This document shows, piece by piece, positions 11,904-24,493 of a stretch of 64,000 bases of DNA (position 1 is the first letter of the stretch; each line of letters opens with the position of its first letter). This DNA comes from Strigamia acuminata (Eukaryota). Both the position numbers and the translations under genes were made by a program. Where the stretch lies: the NCBI GenBank assembly GCA_949358305.1, contig OX442314.1, forward strand, positions 7,564,001 through 7,628,000. The letters are read 5' to 3'. Below the pieces are notes generated by a model, which had not been told where the DNA came from, did no database searches, and was given only the letters and a program-made list of their open reading frames with translations.

Positions 11904-12111
11904 AGTTGTTAACCCTCATGTATTGTTCGCGATGGATGATGAGTTATAACTGAAGTTTTTATTGTTTCTCGTTAACAATACATTTGGTTCATTTATTTAT
12001 TACAACGTGCTATTATTGTATCACTGCAATTACCTCTCTGTATAAATTATATTTAGTTTTTATACACTCTCTTTAATAAAGCTAACTTATCACTTTTCAA
12101 GCTTTAGGCAT

Positions 12112-14874
12112 TTATTTGAACTGTTCATAGAACTCTTTATGAGAAACTACCCGTTTATATGGATGGAAACGCTTGCTTCTTCTTGAGCCCGTGTCATAGG
12201 AGGAACCATAACCAGTCAATTTGCTTGCCTCTTTTGGTCTCTCCACTATTTGCCACGTTTTGGGTAATCTGGCTTGCTTCTCTTGATTGCGCTCACACAA
12301 GACTCTACATGCTTCTACTTGATTTTCTGTTGTTTCTGTCTCACTTATTACACGTCTACGCAAATGGTTCACATGGTATTTGTTTTCTTTTCCGGTTTCT
12401 ATTTTTACTGAATATATCACTTCACCATGTTGTTGCACAATTATACCTGCCTCCCACTTTCTTGAAGAAAGTTTTGCCCAAACTGCTTGTCCAATAAAAA
12501 ATCTTCTTTTAGATGTTTGTGTGTACACTTTAGATTGATTTACATCCATTAACTGTTCTGTCTCTATCATGTGTAGATGTGTTCGAATGGGCCACTTGAA
12601 TACAAGACTACTGGGAGTAGTTTGACTCTTGCTACCAGGCAGGTTGTGTTGAATAAGTAGAAATTTTGCGATCTCAAAATTAAGTTTTGTTTTGTTCATT
12701 CCTTTCAAAGCTGTTTTAAATGTTCTTACAGCCTTCTCAGCTGGACCATTTGAGGCTGGATGATATGGTGGAGAATATAAATGTTTTATCCTACACATTT
12801 GCAAAAACTCTTCCAATTCTTCTGAATGAAAAGGGGGACCATTATCTGATATGATCACTTCTGGAAATGCAAATGTGGCGAACCATTTCATTAGATGTAA
12901 TATAACCATGTTTGCTGTTGTATGAGTTAACCACGCTACTTCTATCCAATTTGTATGCACATCCACTAACACAAAAAACATCTTTCTATCTACTGGACCT
13001 GCAAAGTCCATGTGTAGGCGTTGCCATGGATGTACAGTCTTAGGCCACGGGACTGGTGTTTGTCTCGGTGGCAAAGCTCTATTAGCTTGGCATTGTTCGC
13101 ACAATCCGATGAAATGTTCTATGTTCTGGTTAATCTTTGGCCACCACACGAAAGATCTAGCTGTTTGCTTAGTTACCACCATACCGGGATGTCCTTGATG
13201 TAAGATTTCCAATACACGTTGTTGCAAGCTTTTAGGAATAATTACTTGTGATCCACGTAGCAAAACACCCCGTAATATGGATAATTCACTTATTAGTCGC
13301 AAATACGGCCTTGCTTCTTCGTTCCATTCATTGTGTGGCCATGATAACTTCATACCCGTCATTACATGTTGTAACAGTTGATCCTTCGCTGTTTCTAAAG
13401 CTAATTCAGCCCAAGTTATAGAATTTCCGTCCAATGCAATAAACATTAGGTTTGTTGACTCCAAAGATTCCACATCTTCACTTTCATCCGGTGGTGTTGC
13501 GTTGCACAATGGGGGTCTGCTAAGTGCATCTGCATTTAAATTGTCTACACCCGCCCTGTGTACTATGGTGTAATTATAGGCACTCAATGTTATTAGCCAT
13601 CTAATCATTCGTGGTGGGGCCATCTCGGGAATTGGTCTTCCTTTACTAAAAAGACTCACTAATGGTTTATGGTCTGTGAACACTGTGAACGTATGTCCAT
13701 ATAAATAAATATGGAAGTGTTGCACTCCAAACACTAATGCGTAGGCCTCCTTATGTATATGACCGTAATTACGCTGTGCAACTGACAAGGATTTAGAAGC
13801 ATAGGCTACCGGTCTCTCAAAACCATTAATACAGTGGGCTAACACTGCGCCAACGCCTACTGGTGAGGCATCTACAGCTAAGATTATTGGGTATTCAGAG
13901 TTAAAATGAACTAGCAAAGTATCTGAGGTTAGTACACGTTTTATCTTCTGAAATGCCTCATTTTGTTCATCCTTCCATTGCCAGGTAATTTCTTTTTTTA
14001 AAAGGTGGTGCAATGGAGCAAGAAGGGTAGCCGCGCTCTTGATAAATTGATGGTAAAAATTTACCATGCCTAAAAAGGCCCGTAATTCTGTCACAAATTG
14101 TGGAGGGGGTGACTGTAGAATTCCACCCAATCTCTTCTCTAAAGGTTGTACACCTACAGCTGTCACTCGAAATCCTAAAAAATCAACTTGATTTTTACAA
14201 AAAATACATTTCTGCTTTGTCAATTTCAATCCTATTTTGCTAAGATGACCTAATACTGCCCTTAATAACTTTAAATGTTCGCAAACTGTCTTAGTGGCTA
14301 ATAATAAATCATCCTGATATATCAAAACTAATCTAAAATTACCAAATTCCCTTTCCATCAATCTTTGAAATTCTCCCGCTGCTGAAAGGATGCCAAAAGG
14401 CATTCTCGTTACTCTAAATAATCCTTGCTGGGTATTAATTGCCACCAGCAACGACGAATTGTAACCCAACTCCCGTTGCTGGTAGGCTTGCTTAAGATCC
14501 AACTTAGAGAATATTTCCATCCCAGCTAGTTGTGCTAATAAGTCACTAATTTTGGGTAGAGGATAGGGGTCTGGTTGAAGTACCAAATTTATTGTTGATT
14601 TATAATCACCACATATTCTTATTTCACCTCCCGGTTTTAAAACTATCATGACGGGGGTCGCCCAATCACTGTATTTTATTGGTACCAGTATACCTTGGCG
14701 TTGCAATTCCGACAACGCGTCGGATACTTTCGCTCTTAATGCGATTGGTACGGGTCTAGGCCTATAAAATCTTGGCTCTACCGACTTGTCAACAACAAGC
14801 TTTAAAGGTACTCCGGTGTACAGACCCAGTTCCCCGTCAAATATGACCTTGTTACTTTTTAATATATCTTGCAC
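12112..14874 (-). CDS. pol: Element D Pol (RT, RNase H, integrase; protease missing)
   Basis: RICGDYK, YQDD, VDASPVGVGAVL, HQGHPG...CEQC, LHMDFAGP, SDNGP, SNGPAEKAV. Confidence 0.9.
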   Translation of the reverse strand: MQDILKSNKVIFDGELGLYTGVPLKLVVDKSVEPRFYRPRPVPIALRAKVSDALSELQRQGILVPIKYSDWATPVMIVLKPGGEIRICGDYKSTINLVLQPDPYPLPKISDLLAQLAGMEIFSKLDLKQAYQQRELGYNSSLLVAINTQQGLFRVTRMPFGILSAAGEFQRLMEREFGNFRLVLIYQDDLLLATKTVCEHLKLLRAVLGHLSKIGLKLTKQKCIFCKNQVDFLGFRVTAVGVQPLEKRLGGILQSPPPQFVTELRAFLGMVNFYHQFIKSAATLLAPLHHLLKKEITWQWKDEQNEAFQKIKRVLTSDTLLVHFNSEYPIILAVDASPVGVGAVLAHCINGFERPVAYASKSLSVAQRNYGHIHKEAYALVFGVQHFHIYLYGHTFTVFTDHKPLVSLFSKGRPIPEMAPPRMIRWLITLSAYNYTIVHRAGVDNLNADALSRPPLCNATPPDESEDVESLESTNLMFIALDGNSITWAELALETAKDQLLQHVMTGMKLSWPHNEWNEEARPYLRLISELSILRGVLLRGSQVIIPKSLQQRVLEILHQGHPGMVVTKQTARSFVWWPKINQNIEHFIGLCEQCQANRALPPRQTPVPWPKTVHPWQRLHMDFAGPVDRKMFFVLVDVHTNWIEVAWLTHTTANMVILHLMKWFATFAFPEVIISDNGPPFHSEELEEFLQMCRIKHLYSPPYHPASNGPAEKAVRTFKTALKGMNKTKLNFEIAKFLLIQHNLPGSKSQTTPSSLVFKWPIRTHLHMIETEQLMDVNQSKVYTQTSKRRFFIGQAVWAKLSSRKWEAGIIVQQHGEVIYSVKIETGKENKYHVNHLRRRVISETETTENQVEACRVLCERNQEKQARLPKTWQIVERPKEASKLTGYGSSYDTGSRRSKRFHPYKRVVSHKEFYEQFK

Positions 14875-15280
14875 TTCCTTTGTACATAAGTTGACCGTGT
14901 GCTGCTGTTTCCGCTGCCTTTGCCAATTTCACTGCGCTTTCTAAAGTCAAAGTATCCTGTTCTAATAATTTTTCACGTAACCGATCATTTGCTACTCCTT
15001 GGATGAATTGTGTTAAAATTGCATCTTCTGCTATTTCCTTTGTGGAAAAGCTACACACACGTGCCAATGCACGCAAAGCTGCAACATACACTGCTATTGT
15101 TTCATTTGGCTGTCTAATCCTATCTGCCAGGCGATGTTTTTCAATCCAAGGTCTACTTAATGCTGAATAATGATCAGATAATGTTGTTTTTAAGTCAAGG
15201 TAAGTTTTCTTGCTTGTTTCATCCGGGTAGATCAGATCTCGTAAAAGTGCTGCCACTTCATGTCCAACAACTGATAAGAA
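14852..15280 (-). pseudogene. gag: Element D Gag capsid fragment
   Basis: RQPNETIAVYVAALRALARVCSF...QFIQGV...LREKLL...LTLESAVKLA is typical of Mag-type gag. The N-terminus and zinc knuckle are absent. Confidence 0.8.
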
Positions 15281-15470
15281 TGTGACTCCCGGACGGCGGA
15301 CCCCAACCCCCGTCCAGTGTCCACTCCTTTACCGTAAGGGGGCGCCCTACGCTTATTTGGGGTTTGCGGATTGGCTCCCGCAAATCTTATTGTAAACGCC
15401 ATTTTGAATTTTGGAATAAAGTCTAGTCTTTCAACAACTTTAAAACCTGTTGCATCGTTATTGACTCACA
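15281..15470 (+). repeat. Element B 5' LTR
   Basis: TGTGACTC...GACTCACA with an AATAAA; near-identical to 48653-48842. Confidence 0.93.
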
Positions 15471-15480
15471 TGGCGCAGTT
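15471..15480 (+). promoter_or_regulatory. Element B PBS (short match, tRNA-Ser-like)
   Basis: TGGCGCAGT directly after the LTR. Confidence 0.55.
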
Positions 15481-15512
15481 AACGGTTTTTACCTACGAAT
15501 AACCACTGACCA

Positions 15513-15582
15513 CGTACGAAACGAACGATACGGACGAACGATACGAACGAACGATACGAACGAACGAAATTACGGTACGAAA
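15513..15582 (+). repeat. ACGA-type short tandem repeats in the element B leader
   Basis: acgaaacgaacgatacggacgaacgatacgaacgaacgatacgaacgaacgaa. Confidence 0.7.
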
Positions 15583-15590
15583 ACGTTATA

Positions 15591-16936
15591 ATGGCGGATC
15601 TGGACGCGGCCACGCTGGCCGACTTTTTGACCTCTACAAACGCCGGACTTTTGCTGCGGTGTTCCGCCGAAGAATTACGTGCCGAAGTCGACGCACGTGC
15701 GATCCCTTTGCTTGCTGCCGCATCGAAACAGGCAATGACCGACGCACTGGTCGCCGACAACCTCGCGAAACGTGCGGCCGCCGCCGCTCTGCTGCCCGTT
15801 AACCCGATCCCGGTTCCGGCTCCGAATCTCGCACTCGATATGACGGACCTGAAAGCTGTCGTTGCTCTTCTGGCCGCTAAAATACTGAATACTCCAGACC
15901 CGCCGCCTCCTCCAGCCGCTGCCCCGATCGCTGCTGTTCCCGAGATGCAGGTGAAACACGGCTTGCACGCCGCAAAGTTCCTGCAACCTTTCACCGGATC
16001 CAAATCTGACGACGTGTGGCAATTTATTCGCCGCATTAACAGAGCTGCAAAACTCGGCGGATGGACGGAGGAAACCAAGCTCATCCAGGCGAACGGATTG
16101 TTGCGCGACCAGGCGGCGCACTGGTACACGATGCAGGGCGAGGCCATCGACACCTGGGTCGAGTGGGAACGCTCCATCACCGAATTCCTTGGTGCCAACG
16201 AAACTTGGACCGAATGGAAGGACCGAATGAATGCGTGTGAGCAGGAAAAGGACGAATCGTTGATCGAGTACGTTATCGCAAAATTTGCCTTGATCGAGTC
16301 CACCAAACGGAACTTTCCCGTCCAGTCGGAAGATTGTGTTGTGATGGTCCTCGAGGGCATTTTGAACTACAACACAAGGAACAGTCTCTACATTACGAGG
16401 GACTGGCCGATCCCTGCCGTTATCAAATATGTCCGTGGTATCGATAATATGTCGTTGCGACAAGGTTCTTCGTCCTCGTTCACCCCGAAGTCCTCTTCTG
16501 CTGCCAACCGCGGGCAAGCGCCGGAGACGTCAGCCGACCAGTCGAAACGTTCCGGCCCGAACCGTTCCCGTGGAAGCCGTACCAACTCGAATAACTATCA
16601 ACGCGGCGACGACATCACCAAAACGCAGTGTTACCGCTGCCAAGCATGGGGCCATACGACTATGACTTGCCCTCTGCCTAAAACGCCCGCCGCCGCCCTA
16701 CCCAAACCCAATTCGCAAGTTTTATGCACTTTTCACTCCAAATACCCAAGCACGGGGTTCTCCATCGTTGATGTATTTGTGACGGAGGCGCAACGAACGG
16801 TCGAAACGATTTTTGACCAAGGCGCGAACGTGTGCCTGATCCGAAGCGACTGCATTCTCGACAAGACGCAGATTCGCCCAAACATCTCGAACAACCGCCT
16901 GAACGGCCTGAATGGTTCGGCTACCCCCATCGGTTA
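15591..16936 (+). pseudogene. gag: Element B Gag and protease N-half, interrupted by Copia-1
   Basis: FTGSKSDDVWQF, LRDQAAHWY, CYRCQAWGHTTMTC knuckle, IFDQGANVCLI protease motif. Confidence 0.88.
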
Positions 16937-17428
16937 TGTAGCAGAGGAGAGCGGCGCAAACGATTTATTAATCGCGTGGAAGCTGAATATGGCGGCGTGT
17001 CGCCGACACAAACGATAATGTGACGTGACCAAAACGCAAATTGCCGTGCACGCAGCAGAAAACTGCTTATGTGCACATTAAACGAACTAAAAAGCACTGA
17101 AGGTGCTCTAAATAATAATGAGGCATTTAAAATCATAAATGTTTAATAAAATCAAAGATATTCTTACATATAGAGTCCTTTTCTATACAGGAGTGAATGA
17201 GTGTGCACATATCCGTGTGCGCGGCCATGTTGGAAGTGGTAAAAGATACAATTGACACCATCTGGTGTTGGGAAAAATAAACTAAAGCTAACATGATGCA
17301 GGCAGCATTATGCCCAATGTTAAATAATGAAATAAATCCTAATAAATACACTAGGCTGCATAATGCAGTAATACATAAAGAAATGCGCAAAACAAGTACG
17401 GAGGACTGTTTGGCATCGATAAACAACA
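16937..17428 (-). repeat. Copia-1 3' LTR
   Basis: Direct repeat of 23997-24488 with TG...CA termini. Confidence 0.95.
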
Positions 17429-17634
17429 ATTTCCCCCTTCGATGGCAAATAGCCGCAAAGATAAAGAATAAGTTAAGGGAAAAACTTTAAATGTAACTTT
17501 ACAATATAATAATAATAATAATGGAAATAATAATTCGGAACATCGAGCCGGGTACTGTTATATTAATCACTACGGAAGCCCGAAAATTCCCACTGGAACT
17601 CGATGATCCTCACATTCGGGAAAAACAAAATTAA

Positions 17635-18278
17635 CCCTAGCAGCCCCAACCTAAAAAAAAATCCCTACTCACCCAACCCGGGTCATTTTTGACCCCAACA
17701 AAGATGGCCGCCGCAGCACATGAACGCGTGGAGCGTCCAACTTCATTTCATTAATTTTATGTTTATTTTGATTCTGATTGTATTTTTTTTGTTGTTTTTG
17801 GATTTAGTGTGTTTAGATCATTAGAAATAGGGTTTGAAGATAAGGGTAAGTGGCAAAAATACCACAGCACGGTATACCGTAATCACGGCCATAATGCCGA
17901 CGGTACCGATCAGGCGGCCACGCACAAATTCGTCCTTGCGACGTAACGGAAAAAAACAAGTTTAGACCAAAAAATGACATTTTGGATTTAAAAATTGACA
18001 TTTTGGACCAAAAAATGACATTTTGGACCAAAAAATGACATTTTGGACCAAAAAATGACATTTTGGACCAAAAAAATTATGATTTTAGCCCAAAATCGAT
18101 GTTATTAACCCAAATTTTTTTTTTTAAAATTATCAGTTCGTATATTTTTTTTATTGTTGCAAGTGACGAAAAAGCAAAATACGAAAAAAATCAGAAAAAA
18201 ATACTTTTATTTTGATAGAAAAAAAAATAAAAAGCACTTTTTGGGGTCAAAATTGACCCTAGGTTGGGGCGGGGAGGG
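17635..18278. mobile_element. Non-autonomous piggyBac-like MITE in the Copia-1 3' UTR
   Basis: TTAA on both sides (17631-34, 18279-82), CCCT...AGGG termini with a 16/19 TIR, and subterminal GGGTCA...TGACCC palindromes. Copia-2 has a single TTAA at the equivalent site. Confidence 0.9.
17961..18076. repeat. 20-bp tandem repeat (ttttggaccaaaaaatgaca), about 5 copies
   Basis: Visible directly inside the piggyBac-like MITE. Confidence 0.9.
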
Positions 18279-18287
18279 TTAAGAATG

Positions 18288-21200
18288 TCACGATAGGTTG
18301 AAATTGAAAATCCGGGAAATCAGGAGGCGCAGTTGAGATGAACCCAACCATTTGGTAAAAATGTCTGCTACGTTCATTGATCCGGGGACTTTGCGCAATT
18401 GAAATGCACCTGCTGTGTACCATTCTCGAATCCAATGAAATTTCACTCGGATATGCTTTGTTTTACTGTTCTCCACGTCATTTGATGTGAATTGGATGGA
18501 AGAAAGCGCATCGGAGAACACTAAAGGTGGTGTTGATCTATTCAACATCGGTACGGAACTGTAGACGTAATCGAGCCAATAAAGCTCACGGACGCACTCA
18601 ACGAGGGCGACAAACTCCGCCTCCATCGTTGAGCACGCCACGCTGGTCTGTTATCTACAACTCCATCCGATGGGGACATTTCCAATATAGGCTATATACC
18701 CGCCGAAACTCAAAGAAGTACTGGCTTCGGTGGCCCAGGACGCGTCAGTATATCCCCATAGTTGTCCATTGGAGCAATTTGACAGTTCAATTGCGTAATC
18801 CAAAGTATTGCCTACGTAGCGCACAACCTGCATGAGTGCCTTGATGTGCGTGTGGTTATAGCAATTGTTAAACTGTGACAACATTATAACTGAGAATAAT
18901 ATGTCGGGTCGTGTCCTCGATGCGAGGAAGAGAAGAGAGCCTATTAGTGAGCGATAGGGAAATTCTGGCAAATCTTCTTTTGACCCTTTGACGAGCGTCG
19001 TTCCTGGTGTTACTGGGACCTTGATGAGTTTATCGGCGACAATTTCAAATTTCTTGAGAATCTTTTGTATGTATGCGCGTTGAATAATAAAGATTCCCTT
19101 GGGAGTACGGATGAACTCCACACCTAAGAGTTTTGAAATTGGGCCTAAATTGACAATGTCGAATTTGGTGCTAATGAGCGCAATTAATTGAGTCAGGACG
19201 CTATCCGTCGCGTAGAATAGAACTATATCATCGACGTACACTAGCATTACGGCGGAGAAACCGTATATGTATACACAGTTGCATCCTGGTAATCTGCGAA
19301 ATCCCAAATCGCGCAAAGTCTGATCTAGTTTTTCAAACCATTGGCGCCCGGACTGATGGAGTCCGTAGAGAGACTTTATCAAAAGCCATACATGATTTGG
19401 GTTCGAACATGTCGCGCCAGCTGGAATGCGCATATACACCTTATGCGCAAGATCACCGTATAGGTATGCGCACTTCACATCTAAGTGTGCGTCCTTCCAC
19501 CCTTTAAGCACTACTAGCAGGCAGAAGAATAGGCGTATGAGAACAAAGTTGACAACAGGGCTAAAGACTTCATCGTAGTCCACTCCTAACGTTTGGCGAA
19601 AGCCCTGTGCCACTAATCTAGCGCGATATCTTGCTGGTTTGCCCTGCGCATCTTCCTTCAGTTTGAAGAGCCACTTGCACCCTAATATGGTTGTATTTTC
19701 CGGTTTTGGGACCTCTTCATAAACGCCTCTTTTTGCAAAAGTGTCTAACTCTTCATTAATGGCTTCCTGCCATTTGGTCGCATCCGGAAATCTTACAGCC
19801 TCTGCGTAACTAGTGGGATCACGACGACAAAGGTGCACTCTGGGAAGTGGTTGCGGAAGATCCTCCAATTCATATTCCATATTGCCAAAATAAAATAGCT
19901 CAGGATCATAAGGAATGTTATTCATATGACAGAATTCCTCAACGTCACCTCTAGAACGTAATCAGAGTCCTGGTTCTGGGAAATAATAGACATCTGTTTT
20001 TAATTTGCCAGGTTCCTGCACTTTGCGCAAATGTTCCTCTCTTTTCCAGCGCCTACACTCGGAATCGCCTCCAACATAACGCCGCTTATATGCAGTTGCA
20101 GCTCCAGTTGGAGGTGGACCATGGTGCGCTGCTGGATGGGCTTGTGGCGCATTGCCACGAGAACCTCGACGAGCGTTCACAAAACTCGGAGGTGAACCTG
20201 GTGGTGTTCCTGGCGGTGTGTGAGTTGGTGTATTACCTGGTGTGATAAATGGGCTTGGCGCTCGAGACATCACTGGAGAAATTATTGGAGATAGGACAGG
20301 TGTTGGAATTCTAATTGGAGACCCTGGTGGTGTCCGGGCATGAGCGCCTGGCGGAGCTGAATCGTCAGAGTCATAGTCTGTATCGCATTCATCTTCCGAA
20401 TCCGGAAATTTGGGCCAATCGGTATATTCCAACTCGTCGTCAAATCTCACTTGCGGTTGTGAAATGCGCAATGATTCATAAATTTGCGACGCTTGATGCG
20501 TTTGGTCCAAATCTGGTCCTGTCCACGGTTCCTGTGGACCTCGATAATGATTTGAGCGTTTATAGGACTGCGGTTCATCTATTTTGACGTGAATGGACTC
20601 GATAACCTTGTTATCTGTTGGATTCCAGATGCGATAACCTCGCGTTGTCGTGGCGTATCCGACTAAATAGCCCTCCCAAGCTCGTGGATCTAATTTGTCC
20701 CTGCCGGGCGCTGTATGATGAACCCAGCACTTGGAGCCTAACTTGCGCAGGTGTCTGAGCGAAAGGGCACGTCGTCGCCACAGGATATAGGGCACCTCAT
20801 TTTTGAGACGAGAATGAGGACACCGGTTCTTTATGTACGAGAAAGTCACTGCGAATTCCGCCCAAAGTTCGTTTGGAAGTCCAGTTTCATCTAGTATGGC
20901 ACGCGTGTAATCCGCCATGGTGCGGTTTATTCGCTCCGCTGTGCCATTCATAGCGGGGCTATGTGGATTGGTCCTTTGGGCCTGAATTCCGGTCTCTTTT
21001 AGATAGCGGTCAAATTCGTTTGATAAGAATTCCCCTCCTCGGTCTGTTCGGATGGCCTTGACTCGTTTGCCCGTCACTCGTTCAATTCGTGTGACATAGT
21101 CCTTAAAGAGTCCAAACACTTGGGATTTTTGGGCCATCGGAAATATCCAGGCATAGCGCGTGGCGTCATCGATAATCGTTAACACATAACGCGCGCCTCC

Positions 21201-23125
21201 GTAGGAAGTCGTTCTTGAAGCTCCCCACACGTCCATGTGTAGGAGATCTAAAGCCTTTGTAGATATTGGATATTCATCCGGTTTGTGAGAAATGCGCGTT
21301 GATTTCGCAATTCGACAATGATTACATGAGAGTTCTTTGTTTACTTCTGCCGGAGTCACTCCATACACTTGGTCATTTCCGGCCAAAAGTTTCCCGCATT
21401 GGTATGAAGGTGACCCAATCTGCTGTGCCATATCCCTGTCGCATCCTTTTTAACCGATGGTGCTGCAACCTTCTTTGCGTTGGTTAGCTTTGAATTCGGT
21501 TTTGAATTTGAATTCGGTTGGGAGATCGGTGGGTTTGCCTTTAATGTCTTGGCAAAGGATGGGACTTGAGGTAACGGATTGGTGGGAGTAGGTACAGGAA
21601 GTGTCTTGGACTGGGTTACTTTAATTGGTGCAGGTGGAAGAATTTCATTCGGCAAAGGAGGGAATTCGAGCCGAAAATCCGTAAACAGTTCCGGGTCCTT
21701 CAACTTTTTCTTTGCCTTTGGATATTGAATGTAGTCCTCTTCTGCAGTGACCAATGTTCGGGCTGGAGCGGTCGTCTGTATAACTGGCGCATTAACTGTT
21801 GATATGACCGTTGAGGGTGTACATAAGCCGTCGACGTAATACAGACCGCCCTTTTCTTTGGCTCGAAGCATTGGATGATTGATATCGGATTTGTAGACAT
21901 GGACTCCTCCATCCCAAATATGGATATGATGTTTGGCTTTGTCCATTTTTGATACGGAGATCAAATTCGCCTCAAATTTTGGCGCAAACAGCACATCTTG
22001 GAGATTCGCGACACATTCTACATTGTTGATCATTGTGACAATCTGGACTTTGCCCTTTCCAAGAACTTCGGAATGTCCTTGACCTAATGCTATGTTAAAG
22101 GGCACAACTTTAACAAAGTCCTGAAACCAAGCCTGGACGTGGCACACATGATCCGTTGCCCCACAATCCACTATCCATTCATGTGATTGCATGAAGTGAA
22201 TTGTGGGCATTGGTTGAGGCGCACTGGCGAAAAAGTTCGTTTCCCGTCTTGCGCTGGAATTCCCCCTTGGCCTCGAATCATCACGGTTTGAGTTCTTGTT
22301 GCGTTTGCGGCTAGAACTTCATGGCTTCCTTTGAAGTGAAGCTGTCGGTTGATTTTTGTCATCTCGGCGCGGCGGTAATGGACATTTATTTGCGTAATGG
22401 CCAAATTCCTGGCAATTAAAACACTGCACCGAAGATAACGGTCGAGAGGGACGAGAACGATTTCTCCCACGTTGCTGTTTTTCACCAGCATAGGCACGTG
22501 GAGATTTAGAATTGTCTATGTCGCGCGAATCCATAGCTTTGAGTCGCATATGTTCCGCGAGCAATTGTTCAGACACTTTCTTTGGTGTAAATTCTCCTTT
22601 GGGCAAGTGATATGTCGTGAATGAAATCTGTGAATATTCACGAGGCAATAAGTCCAAGTATTGGTAAGCGTGGTGATCAGACGAAGTTATCTCTCCGATA
22701 TCCTTCATTTGGCGGACATGATAGTCAACGCGTCCTAAGAAGTCGGCCATATCTTCGCCCTGCTCTAGGCGCAAATTCAAAAATTCGCGGCGCATGGCTG
22801 CCTGTCGCGCACGAGATGATGGCGCATAAATGTTGGCTAAAATGTCCCATGCTTCCTTCGGGGTTTTACAATCATCTAGCGCAGACTTCTTCGCCTCGCT
22901 TACAGAACAGTATATTAAGCCTAATGCTTTGGCTTTACGACGTTTGTATTTCTTCTTCTCCTTATCTCCGGCGGTTTTAAGGAATTCTACCTCCTCTTCT
23001 TCCGTTACGTGTTCCCACAATTCCTCGCTTCGGAGTACCATGCGCATTGAGCGCTGCCAAAGTTCGTAGTTTCCTACGCTAAGGATGGGAAGACGTCCTG
23101 GATTTCCGTCTGCGGACTTCGACAT
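18288..23125 (-). pseudogene. Copia-1 gag-pol polyprotein, disrupted
   Basis: Five ORF pieces collinear with the intact Copia-2 protein: stops at about 22319, 19962 (CGA>TGA) and 18651, plus a frameshift near 21390. Confidence 0.93.
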
Positions 23126-23976
23126 GACGTGGAGTTACGAAACAATCCGTAGCAAAACACACTGGATGGAGAATGGTACAATTGGAGCACTTGACGGTCT
23201 CGGTGCACAATATCGCGTAGCACTACACAAATACGGCGCACTAATCGGAGCAATGTCAAAGCGGATATCAATCGAATTGAGCGACCACTTCTGAAGTGGC
23301 CAAATAACCCTAGCCAGCCAACACACAGGGGTCCGTTCGCCTGCCTGGAGGCGCGGGAGTACCTGTTGGCCACGGTAAGCACTGGCTAGGAATGAGTTAA
23401 TGCGATAGTTCCGACTGGAACAGAAGAGCAAAAACTATTCTAAAGGACCCACAAAAACTTAATACGACCTTAAATACTAACAAGCTAATTACGACAACTG
23501 AAAGGCAAGTATTAATTAGTGTGATGAGACGTTGCGCCAATATTCGAGAATCGAAAATGGCGTTGCTGCGCATTTAAATGCGAAAATCGTCGTAATTCGT
23601 CGATTAAATCTCCGAAAAATCTCAAATCGTCGTTACAACGACCGTACACTGTGTACGAGGTCGGGATATTCCTCAATTCGTCGTTCACACTGCGTCCAGT
23701 GGGTTTCCAACGTCGAATCTTGTTGAAAATCTGAAAATATGCGAAAATTGTCTCGAAAATCGCGAGTCCCGCGGAAATTCGGACAATATTAAATGAAAAA
23801 TCGTGGAATCGTGCACGCAGACTGCGTGGGAACGTCGGCGTGTCGTCTCGAACGTTCTAGAGACGAAAATCGTCACGGAAATCGGCGAAAACTGAAAATA
23901 AAATATTTCGGCGCAAATCGCGAATTTCGCGAATGTTACGTCGAAAATTAAACACAAATTGGCCGGGTTAATTGGC

Positions 23977-23994
23977 AACCATCCTCTGCTACCA
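23977..23994 (-). promoter_or_regulatory. Copia-1 PBS, initiator tRNA-Met
   Basis: TGGTAGCAGAGGATGGTT. Confidence 0.9.
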
Positions 23995-23996
23995 CT

Positions 23997-24488
23997 TGTA
24001 GCAGAGGAGAGCGGCGCAAACGATTTATTAATCGCGTGGAAGCTGAATATGGCAGCGTGTCGCCGACACGAACGATAATGTGACGTGACCAAAACGCAAA
24101 TTGCCGTGCACGCAGTAGAAAATTGCTTATGTGCACATTAAACGAACTAGAAAGCACTGAAGGTGCTCTAAATAATAATGAGGCATTTAAAATCATAAAT
24201 GTTTAATAAAATCAAAGATATTCTTACATATAGAGTCTTTTTCTATACAGGAGTGAATGAGTGTGCACATATCCGTGTGCGCGGCCATGTTGGAAGTGGT
24301 AAAAGATACAATTGACACCATCTGGTGTTGGGAAAAATAAACTAAAGCTAACATGATGCAGGCAGCATTATGCCCAATGTTAAATAATGAAATAAATCCT
24401 AATAAATACACTAGGCTGCATAATGCAGTAATACATAAAGAAATGCGCAAAACAAGTACGGAGGACTGTTTGGCATCGATAAACAACA
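23997..24488 (-). repeat. Copia-1 5' LTR
   Basis: Adjacent to the PBS; followed by TSD GGTTA. Confidence 0.95.
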
Positions 24489-24493
24489 GGTTA

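Larger units (their letters stand above)
12112..15280 (-). mobile_element. Element D: truncated Mag-like Gypsy retrotransposon
   Basis: Gag fragment plus RT-RH-IN. Cut off at 15280 by the LTR of element B; no LTRs recognised. Confidence 0.8.
16937..24488 (-). mobile_element. Copia-1: Ty1/Copia element with MBD-like domain, decayed
   Basis: 492-bp LTRs (16937-17428, 23997-24488; about 6 transitions), 5-bp TSD GGTTA, iMet PBS, PPT GAAGGGGGAAAT. Confidence 0.96.
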
